A stretch of 64,000 nucleotides of DNA from an uncultured Gammaproteobacteria bacterium (GTDB lineage: Bacteria > Patescibacteriota > Microgenomatia > PFEM01 > JAPLYW01), in assembly GCA_965230945.1 (NCBI GenBank), contig OZ246397.1, positions 539,925 through 603,924 of the forward strand, read 5' to 3'. Under the pieces are notes generated by a model, which was given only the letters and a program-made list of their open reading frames with translations, was not told the origin of the DNA and ran no database searches. Below, piece after piece: positions 9,748-17,033 of the stretch. The position numbers and the translations under genes were made by a program. The stretch's first letter is position 1. Each line of letters opens with the position of its first letter.

Positions 9748-10437
9748 ATGGCTCAAAGAATAGAAAAAGGATCTTTTGCCCCTGAATTTAAAACTAATCC
9801 TTATCCTGGTCTTTTTGTTGATATCGAAGGCTTGGATGGTTGTGGTCAATCAACGCAGATCCAATTGTTAAATAAACAATTACTTAAAAATGGGATTCAT
9901 CCAGTTCTCACAAAAGAGCCAGTTGAGGACTGCGCTTTAGGTAAAGAAATCCGTCAGATTTTAAAAAAAGAAAAACAAGCAGAAGCTCCTTTAAAACTTC
10001 AAGAAATGTTTGTTGTTAATCGCAAAGATCACCTTGAAAAGATAGTTGCTCCTTCTTTAAAAAGTGGGGGGATGGTGATAACTGACCGTTATTTTTGGTC
10101 AACCATCGCTTTTGGCTCTTTAGACATTAGCTCAATGGATCTTTTGAAAATGAATCAAAATTTTATTATTCCCGATATCACTATTTTTCTTGATGTTCAT
10201 CCGCAGGAGTCTTTGCGGAGGATAATTACCTCTCGGCCTTTGACTGAGTTTTTTGAAAGACAGGAAAAATTGGAGAAAGTTTATCAGACCTACCATTGGT
10301 TGGCGGATAAATTTAAGGAAAAGATTATTGTTATTCCTGGAGAAAGAAAAAAGGAGGAGATTGCCTCAGAAATCTTCAGCCTTATCGGTAATCACCCAAA
10401 ATTTTCTAATTGTATAAATAAAAAGATTTGTTTTTGA
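9748..10437 (+). CDS. tmk: Thymidylate kinase
   Basis: The ORF-track start at 9631 overlaps topA. ATG 9748 (MAQRIEKG...) precedes the P-loop-like FVDIEGLDGCGQSTQ; DRYFWST. Confidence 0.85.
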   Translation: MAQRIEKGSFAPEFKTNPYPGLFVDIEGLDGCGQSTQIQLLNKQLLKNGIHPVLTKEPVEDCALGKEIRQILKKEKQAEAPLKLQEMFVVNRKDHLEKIVAPSLKSGGMVITDRYFWSTIAFGSLDISSMDLLKMNQNFIIPDITIFLDVHPQESLRRIITSRPLTEFFERQEKLEKVYQTYHWLADKFKEKIIVIPGERKKEEIASEIFSLIGNHPKFSNCINKKICF

Positions 10438-10617
10438 TTATTTTGAGTTTTTTAAGATAACTAAAGAAGGTTCGATTAAAGTCTTTTTATCCATCCTACT
10501 TGGAATATTAGACATTTTGGTTTGAAAAGGCAAAAGTATTCTTTCTTATATAATTATAATGATAAGATAGTCCTAGGCTGATATGCTTAGTAACTTGGAT
10601 ATTATCTGACCATTTTT

Positions 10618-11664
10618 ATGTTAAATAGACTTCATGATATTGACTCGGCAAAATACTTAAAATATTCTTTATTTCTTAGTCAAGTGGAAAAGGATCTCGT
10701 AGAAGAATTTTTAGAGTGGCTTCCGGATGAAATTGTTGACTGTCATACACACTGTGGTCTTTCAGAGCACGTAAAAGAGATTGATAATGAAATATATCAT
10801 CAAATGATAAGTACATTTCAAGGATTTAGTTTTGAGAATTCACACAGGGTTGAAAAGATTTTTTTTCGAAATAAAAATCTCAGATGTTTGAGATTTCCCT
10901 TCCCTTTTAGGGGAATAGATATAAAAGCGGCAAATGATTATCTGTTAAATAAGGTGAAAAGCCCTGACAAAGTGGCACTTTGCGGAATTCCCGAAGATAT
11001 AGAATATACAAATTCAATATTGAGAACAGGCAAATTTAGTGCTCTTAAAATGTATCATCAGCAGTTTAACTCACCCTCGAAACATATTTACGAATATTTC
11101 CCTCCAAAAATTCTGGAAGCTGCTGAAAAAGAAGGAGTTCCCATAATTCTGCATCTGCCAAGAATGATTACGCTGTGCAAAGACGAACTTTTTGATCTGA
11201 TCTATGATTTTCCCGGCTTAAAAATTTCTTTGGCCCATTTGGGACTACCACACCTAGTTGTACCTACTTTAGAGGAAACTTATAGAGAAGTTGCACAGTA
11301 TTCTAATATTAATATGGATACAGCTATGATTCCGTCAAAAGACGTTCTAACGATGGCATTAAGGGCTTTTGGTCCAAGAAGAATAATGTTCGGATCAGAT
11401 GAACCAATAAATCTTATAAGAGCTGTTGTTTACCAAAATCCAATATTGGGTCAAAGGTTGATTACTGAGTATAATTATCATTGGGTAAACAAAGAGGAGC
11501 ATGAGACATATAAACACCTTGCTAAAGGAGCTACCCACATGCATTGGTCTGCAGTTCAGGCAATAAAAGACGCGATAGAAAATCTATATCCCATAAAACA
11601 ACAATCTGAAGTAAAAAATGATATTTTTAACAATAATGCGGTTAAATTTTTTAATTTTGACTAG
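10618..11664 (+). CDS. Amidohydrolase-2 (TIM-barrel metal-dependent hydrolase/decarboxylase) family protein
   Basis: VDCHTHCG N-terminal metal motif, IILHLP, SLAHLGLP, MFGSDEP, C-terminal IFNNNAVKFFNF: the typical Amidohydro_2 pattern. Confidence 0.6.
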   Translation: MLNRLHDIDSAKYLKYSLFLSQVEKDLVEEFLEWLPDEIVDCHTHCGLSEHVKEIDNEIYHQMISTFQGFSFENSHRVEKIFFRNKNLRCLRFPFPFRGIDIKAANDYLLNKVKSPDKVALCGIPEDIEYTNSILRTGKFSALKMYHQQFNSPSKHIYEYFPPKILEAAEKEGVPIILHLPRMITLCKDELFDLIYDFPGLKISLAHLGLPHLVVPTLEETYREVAQYSNINMDTAMIPSKDVLTMALRAFGPRRIMFGSDEPINLIRAVVYQNPILGQRLITEYNYHWVNKEEHETYKHLAKGATHMHWSAVQAIKDAIENLYPIKQQSEVKNDIFNNNAVKFFNFD

Positions 11665-11717
11665 TCATTGGATTTACTGAGGGGTTGAGCTCTTGATCTG
11701 TAGGGCTATATAGAAAT

Positions 11718-13097
11718 TTATTTTATTTTCTTAAGATTGAGGACCTTTAGAGATTTAGTGGATATTTTTGAAGGTGCTCCCATTAGTAAATCACGGCCTT
11801 CACCTGTTTTCGGAAAAGCAATTACCTCTCTGATATTTGTTTCGCCACATAGTACAGTAGCAAGACGATCGAAACCAAACGCTATTCCTCCATGTGGCGG
11901 TGGTGAAAATTTAAAGGCTTCGAGCATGTGTCCAAATCTGTTTTGCACTTCGCTCTCTGGTAAACCAAGAATCTCAAAAACTTTATGTTGTAAAACTCCA
12001 TCCGATATTCTTATGCTTCCTCCGGCAATTTCGTACCCATTCAAAACTAAATCGTAACCTAAGGCCTTTATTTTTAATAATTCTTTTTCGGGTTTGTTAA
12101 GATCCTCAACGCTTTTAATTTTCGGTTTAGTAAAAGGATGGTGTACAGCTGAAATTTTATTCTCTGTTGGGCCAATTTCAAACATTGGAGAATCTACTAC
12201 CCAACAAAAAGCCAACTCGTTGGGGTCATTGGGATTTTTTCGCGTATCAGGCTTGTCTGTATTGTATTTTTTCATAACGTAATCATAGGTATAAATTGGG
12301 AATTTACCAGCTGGAAGTTTTAAATAGGGGGTAACCTTTCTTATTACAGAAGAAACGGCTGTTTCAGCTAAATTCATAATGTCATCCTGTTCACAAAAAG
12401 ACATTTCAATATCGATCTGGGTAAATTCTGGTTGACGATCTTTTCGCAAATCTTCATCTCTGAAACACCTGGCTAGTTGGTAATATCGTTCTATTCCTGC
12501 TACCATCAAAAGTTGTTTAAATTGTTGAGGAGACTGAGGAAGAACGTATCCTTCGCCTGGATATAAACGGGATGGTACTATATACTCTCTAGCACCCTCG
12601 GGCGTTCCTTTTGTCAAAGCGGGCGTTTCAATTTCTATAAATCCATTTTCATCAAAGAAATTTCTAAAAGCGCTGGCCAGTTTGGCTCTCGTAATGATAT
12701 TTTTACGCATACGTTCAGTTCTTAAATCCAAATAACGGTACTTTAATCGCAATGACTCATCTACAGTTGAAGTGTTTTCATTTACATTAAAGGGAAGTGG
12801 AGCACATTTTGAGATAATCTTTATTGCTTCCGCTACTAATTCAATTTTTCCGAGTTCCTGCTCGGGGTTCACCGTTTGGGATGACCTTTTTTTAATGACC
12901 CCCTTTACCAAAATAAGATCCTCAAGCCCATAGTCCTGTACTAACAAATCTTTACCCAACACAACCTGGATACGTGCTGTCCGGTCGTATAAATCAATAA
13001 ATCCAACTTTAGAATGTTTTCTAAAACGGGAGATCCATCCTAGAGCTTTAACTTCTTTGCCAATATGAGTTTTCAGAGTTAAAATATCGATTTTCAT
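11718..13097 (-). CDS. aspS: Aspartyl-tRNA synthetase, bacterial type but lacking the GAD insertion domain (459 aa)
   Basis: OB-fold N-terminus, PQSPQQFKQLLM, FRDEDLRKDRQPEFTQIDIEMSF (motif 2), HHPFTKP, NGYEIAGGSIRI, PPHGGIAFGFDRL (motif 3). Only about 12 aa lie between KPDTR and FCWVVDSPMFE, where E. coli AspRS carries about 130 aa. Confidence 0.85.
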   Translation of the reverse strand: MKIDILTLKTHIGKEVKALGWISRFRKHSKVGFIDLYDRTARIQVVLGKDLLVQDYGLEDLILVKGVIKKRSSQTVNPEQELGKIELVAEAIKIISKCAPLPFNVNENTSTVDESLRLKYRYLDLRTERMRKNIITRAKLASAFRNFFDENGFIEIETPALTKGTPEGAREYIVPSRLYPGEGYVLPQSPQQFKQLLMVAGIERYYQLARCFRDEDLRKDRQPEFTQIDIEMSFCEQDDIMNLAETAVSSVIRKVTPYLKLPAGKFPIYTYDYVMKKYNTDKPDTRKNPNDPNELAFCWVVDSPMFEIGPTENKISAVHHPFTKPKIKSVEDLNKPEKELLKIKALGYDLVLNGYEIAGGSIRISDGVLQHKVFEILGLPESEVQNRFGHMLEAFKFSPPPHGGIAFGFDRLATVLCGETNIREVIAFPKTGEGRDLLMGAPSKISTKSLKVLNLKKIK

Positions 13098-13102
13098 AGG
13101 AT

Positions 13103-15094
13103 TTAAGGTATTATGTCATATTCTGACCTCGGAAACAAAAAGAGGTCGCTTAAACTTCTTAAGTTAAGTAGTTTAACTAGAAATCTGTCGATACTCAAAC
13201 AGAAACCTCCATGTGGCCTTGGATTTTGAAACGCGTTCAAATAGAATTGATATTTCTTGTGTTTTAATCCTGTTCCTTTTATGCCCTTCAGAAGTTTTTC
13301 GTAATCAGTTTCACGAATAGCCCCCGATGCTATTTCCCAACCTTTATAAATAACATCGAAGCTTAATGTTTTATCCTCCCTATCATGCTTTACATAAAAC
13401 TTTTTTACAGAGCTGGGATATTTTATTATTGCGAACAAATCAGTTTTGTACTTATCTTTGACAATCTTACCAAGCATTTCCTCAAGATCATATCCAAAAT
13501 CTATCCCGTAAGCGACTTTCCCACTTGTGCCTTTGCTATTTAGAAGGCTAAGGGCATCTTCGTAGGTAATTGTTTTTATGGTCTTATTAACTACTTGAGA
13601 TTTTGATATTTCCTTATTTTCATATAGTTTTTTTGTAATCACATTCAATAGAGTTCCCAATAAAGCAATCAGTTGATTTAAATTTTCAACATTAGCCATT
13701 TCTATATCTAAGCCATATGCTTCGGATAAATGCCTAGGAGTTGGGTTTAGTTCTGCTCTCCAAAAAGGACCTAGCTCAAAAAGTTTGTCTATGCCAGAAA
13801 GTATTAAGATCTGTTTATATAATTGGTTTGATTGCCTTAAAAGCATTTTTCTTCCGTACCAATTTACTGTAAAAATTTCCTCGTCTGGATTGTCTCGTAC
13901 GGGGTCAGTTGACACTGCAGTTATTGTGGGAGTATGAATTTCAACAAAACCGAGATATAAAAGTGTCTTTCGAGTAATAAAATAGGCATCACTTTTAAGT
14001 TTAATATTTGGGATTTTGGATTTATAAATTTCGCTATTGATACGAAAGTTTTCGCGTCTGGCATTTTCTTTTAAACTATAGATCATAGCATCCACAGCTT
14101 TTGTTACAGATGTTGAGATAATATCTTTTGCTATAGAGATACTATTTTGCCTTAATTTCTTATTGTATTGTGAATATTCATTTATTGATTTTAGATCATA
14201 AATTTCGTAAAGATTTTTGACTAAAAGAGTATTTTGCGGTGTCCCTAAATCGTATATGAGACAGTATTTGATAGTGCTCAAAAAATCTAGTTGTTCTTTT
14301 TTGAATACATTCGGTGTGGCGAAAAAGATGATGATAGGTTTTACTTTCAAGTTTTTGATGGTATTTAGTCGAACTGCCTTCTTGGCTATTTTATCCTTGA
14401 CTAGTTTTTTTGCTTTATTAATAGTTCTATTTGCTATAACTAGATTTTTATACCCTTTTTCGTTGAGGACTTTACATAACAAACTCCCTGTCGAGCCAGC
14501 ACCAACAATTAGAATGTATGCATCTTGGGGAATCGATCTTTTAATCATCATATCTACGGCTGTTCTTTCCGCAGAGACATTTCCTTTACCAATGTCTGTT
14601 GCATTTCTAACAGCATTTGAGACCTTTCTCGCATTGTTAAAGATTGTTTTTAAAACGATTCCGGCCGTTTTATCATCCGAGGCAATACTTATCGCTTGAC
14701 GTACTTGACCCGTAACCTGATTATCTCCTAAAGTTACACTTTTAAGTCCGCAGGCGGTTTCAAATAAATGCTCAATTACCTTTTTGCCAGAATATTGACA
14801 GATATCGGATATCTTGAAGGAGTTTGGTTTTTGAGATTGCTTCTTCCATAAATTCGTTATTCCGTCCTTATTATCTTCCGCAGCCACATAGTAGATTTCC
14901 ACACAATTGCATTTACTTAGAATTACGCATTCATCCAATCGATATTCATTCTGGAGTTCTTTCGCAAAAGACCGGTGATTTTTAATTAAGTAGGTTTGTA
15001 AAGATTGAAGGTCTCCTGTACCCATTAATGCAGAAAGACAGTGAATCTTTTCTAGTATGTTTTTTGTAATTTTATTTTGGAGCACTAGTGGCAA
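13103..15094 (-). CDS. Fusion protein: glutamyl-tRNA reductase (HemA)-like N-terminal catalytic and NADPH domains joined to an archaeal/eukaryal-type Asp/AsnRS class IIb catalytic core; no anticodon-binding domain
   Basis: GluTR-like motifs: LSKCNCVEIY, GLKSVTLGDNQVTGQVRQA, ARKVSNAVRNATDIG, ILIVGAGSTGSLLCKVLNEKGYKNLVIANRTINKAKKL. aaRS motifs from about aa 365: GFVEIHTPTI, LRQSNQLYKQ, FWRAELNPTPRHLSEAYGLDIEMA, GWEIASGAIRE, PRPHGGFCLSIDRF, FPRS. TTG start as in the ORF track; the stop is 5 nt before the aspS start. Confidence 0.75.
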   Translation of the reverse strand: MPLVLQNKITKNILEKIHCLSALMGTGDLQSLQTYLIKNHRSFAKELQNEYRLDECVILSKCNCVEIYYVAAEDNKDGITNLWKKQSQKPNSFKISDICQYSGKKVIEHLFETACGLKSVTLGDNQVTGQVRQAISIASDDKTAGIVLKTIFNNARKVSNAVRNATDIGKGNVSAERTAVDMMIKRSIPQDAYILIVGAGSTGSLLCKVLNEKGYKNLVIANRTINKAKKLVKDKIAKKAVRLNTIKNLKVKPIIIFFATPNVFKKEQLDFLSTIKYCLIYDLGTPQNTLLVKNLYEIYDLKSINEYSQYNKKLRQNSISIAKDIISTSVTKAVDAMIYSLKENARRENFRINSEIYKSKIPNIKLKSDAYFITRKTLLYLGFVEIHTPTITAVSTDPVRDNPDEEIFTVNWYGRKMLLRQSNQLYKQILILSGIDKLFELGPFWRAELNPTPRHLSEAYGLDIEMANVENLNQLIALLGTLLNVITKKLYENKEISKSQVVNKTIKTITYEDALSLLNSKGTSGKVAYGIDFGYDLEEMLGKIVKDKYKTDLFAIIKYPSSVKKFYVKHDREDKTLSFDVIYKGWEIASGAIRETDYEKLLKGIKGTGLKHKKYQFYLNAFQNPRPHGGFCLSIDRFLVKLLNLRSLSDLFLFPRSEYDIIP

Positions 15095-15295
15095 TATAGC
15101 AAAAAAACAGAGCTAAAACAATTCAGGCTTCTTGAGGAAGTTTTAGATTTTGTGTATTTTATAGTATTTTGGTAAAATTTCCCTTATGAGTAAAAAGAAA
15201 GCTTTGAAAGAACGACCCCTTACTTAAGGAATTCAGAAAATATTTTGTTTATGTAAATAATTTGAGAAATAAATTGGAATTTGTGAAGGATCGAC

Positions 15296-15345
15296 AAAAA
15301 AAGAGAGGGAGTAACCTTCGGACAAAACCTTAGGTGTGCCCTCTC
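15296..15345 (-). terminator. Intrinsic terminator/attenuator-like hairpin in the leader of the fusion operon
   Basis: On the minus strand GAGAGGG (complement of 15339-15345) pairs with CCCTCTC (complement of 15303-15309), with an inner ACCT/AGGT extension, followed by T7 (complement of 15296-15302). Confidence 0.45.
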
Positions 15346-15359
15346 ATCGTGATAATAAT

Positions 15360-15387
15360 ATCATACTCCTTTTTGAGAATTTGTCAA
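15360..15387 (-). promoter_or_regulatory. Sigma70-like promoter candidate firing towards the hairpin and the fusion gene
   Basis: Minus strand TTGACA (complement of 15382-15387), 16 nt spacer, TATGAT (complement of 15360-15365). Confidence 0.35.
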
Positions 15388-15476
15388 GGTTTTTTCCTAT
15401 TTGAGCGTTAGCGAAAACAAGGTTTCCTTATTTGACATTTATATCTTTGATGTTCTAAAAATAGGCTCATATCTTT

Positions 15477-15581
15477 AAGGTGCGGAGGTAGAATACCCAA
15501 GGTTTGAATAGCTTTCAACCTTTAAGGTTGAAATGTTGTAACATCCTGCAACCAGTTTGATCGAAAGGACTGTAGCACCTT
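15477..15581. ncRNA. Candidate structured RNA element (closed multi-stem junction); family and strand unknown
   Basis: Closing stem AAGGTGC (15477-15483) / GCACCTT (15575-15581). Inner hairpins: GGTA-gaa-TACC; a perfect 8-bp TTTCAACC (15513-15520) / GGTTGAAA (15526-15533); GTTG...CAAC; CAGT...ACTG. Confidence 0.25.
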
Positions 15582-15832
15582 CGAACAAGCAATTACATGA
15601 GGTAGGGAAGAAAGAGGCCTTAATACAATTTGTGATTGATAAAATCTATAAAAGAGCAAAAACTGAATTGATTACTTTAGAAACCTTCCGATCGCTTTTG
15701 ATTATGATTTCTATTGTTTGTGTTATAGCATATTTTGGAAGGAAAAACAAATTTTTAATCTAATTGCCTAACAGTTCTAAGTTGTGCTCCTTCGTAACTG
15801 GATGTTTCTGGGACATGTTTTTAGGTATCAAC

Positions 15833-16831
15833 TTAGGACACCTGGAAGGCATACCTGATGTTTTTCCAATCAGCCTGAATTCTAGTTCTATGAATTTTTT
15901 CTAATTTTGCTTGTTGTTTTTGGAGGTTTTTCTCTGCACCAATTGTTAGTTGCTTTTTGTGATTTGCTACTTCAACTAAAAAATATTTAAATAGCCCGAG
16001 CCATTGGTTAAACTTAATTTCTGTAGGGGTTGCTGATTGGCTAAAGTTTAAATCTTTGGCCAGCTTTTTAAATTGTTCTCTAGTAAAGATTTTTCTTAAA
16101 GCTTCTTTAAGTGTTGGTTGCCACTGGCTAAAGGTATAGGCGAGAAAGTCTTTATAGAGTTGACTATTTTTGGTATCCACCACTGACTCTTTTCTCTTTT
16201 GGAGCCGAAGTAAGACGGTATTGACGCCTGGGGGTGGTTGAAAATCTCCCCGTTTAAAATTATGGATAACTTTTGGTTCAAACCATGGTTTGATTAATAA
16301 AACAGACAAAGTTTCTTTACTAGTATAAGGGGAACCAGTAAATTTTTTGGCGGCTTCTTCCTGAACAATAAGATAGGTATCCTCAGGTGAATTTTCTGTA
16401 TTGACAAGTTTTTTTATTATGTCAGCCGTTATGTTGAACGGAATATTGGAAAAAACCTTATATTCTGTTTGGGGGAGTTTGTATTTTAGAAAATCTCCCT
16501 GATGAATTTTTATTTTAGGATTTTGGCCAAAACGATGTTTTAATTTTAAGAATAAGTCTTGGTCTTTTTCAATTGCGATTACTTTTTTACAGCGAAAGGC
16601 GAGTTGTTCGGTAATAATACCCCGACCTGGACCTACTTCATAGACTATATCTTTAGGGTCAATTGAAGATTTTTCCAAAAGATGTTGTACTAATTCAGGC
16701 TTCTTAAGGAAGTTTTGTGAATAAAGGATGCTTTTTCTTTCTGGATATTCTTTTTCAGACATACGCTTTTGCTTATGATATTTCATTGACTTAGGCATAA
16801 TGGCAGTTCCTAAGTATACCATTTTACTCAT
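15833..16831 (-). CDS. Erm-type 23S rRNA adenine-N6 methyltransferase homolog (RrnaAD family) with N- and C-terminal extensions
   Basis: SQNFL, SAM motif YEVGPGRGIIT, YKVFSNIPFNITADIIKKLV (compare ErmC [20 protein letters not shown]), TYLIVQEEAAKKF. The C-terminal domain resembles Erm rather than KsgA (YKDFLAYTFSQW...IFTREQFKKL...FNQWLGLFKYF). Confidence 0.75.
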   Translation of the reverse strand: MSKMVYLGTAIMPKSMKYHKQKRMSEKEYPERKSILYSQNFLKKPELVQHLLEKSSIDPKDIVYEVGPGRGIITEQLAFRCKKVIAIEKDQDLFLKLKHRFGQNPKIKIHQGDFLKYKLPQTEYKVFSNIPFNITADIIKKLVNTENSPEDTYLIVQEEAAKKFTGSPYTSKETLSVLLIKPWFEPKVIHNFKRGDFQPPPGVNTVLLRLQKRKESVVDTKNSQLYKDFLAYTFSQWQPTLKEALRKIFTREQFKKLAKDLNFSQSATPTEIKFNQWLGLFKYFLVEVANHKKQLTIGAEKNLQKQQAKLEKIHRTRIQADWKNIRYAFQVS

Positions 16832-16967
16832 TTTTTAGCGATAATTGATAATATTTATTTACTTGACAGAAAGGCTTGGAGAAGGGAAGCCTACAGATTC
16901 GATATTAACTATTTCTATGAGGGTTTATACAGCTATTGATTTTTTATTAAACAACAGTCTTCTCTAT

Positions 16968-16997
16968 TTGACATTACTGGATTTGGTGGTTTAAACT
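16968..16997 (+). promoter_or_regulatory. Sigma70-like promoter candidate
   Basis: TTGACA (16968-16973), 18 nt spacer, TAAACT (16992-16997); upstream of 17034. Confidence 0.3.
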
Positions 16998-17033
16998 TGC
17001 TATAATTAGTCAAATTAATAATCTGCTTAGAAA

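Larger units (their letters stand above)
10438..15143. other. Accessory block 1 (approximate bounds): Amidohydro_2 enzyme, AspRS, GluTR-aaRS fusion
   Basis: Lies between core tmk and the erm-like gene. A sampled 60-nt line inside the fusion (14041-14100) has 22/60 GC versus 27/60 in ssb (39301-39360). The right edge is marked by a 25-nt duplicate of an erm-gene segment (15119-15143). Confidence 0.35.

Noticed and set aside
15557-15763. A 68-aa plus-strand ORF (TTG start) in the long spacer.
   Set aside because: There is no SD sequence and the start is non-ATG. The ORF begins inside the predicted RNA structure. It is kept only as a remote possibility.
15095-15832. T-box riboswitch upstream of the aaRS-type operon.
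   Set aside because: I could not find the conserved T-box sequence (AGGGUGGNACCGCG-like) or a specifier-loop arrangement on either strand. Only a generic hairpin-T7 and an unclassified multi-stem element are present.
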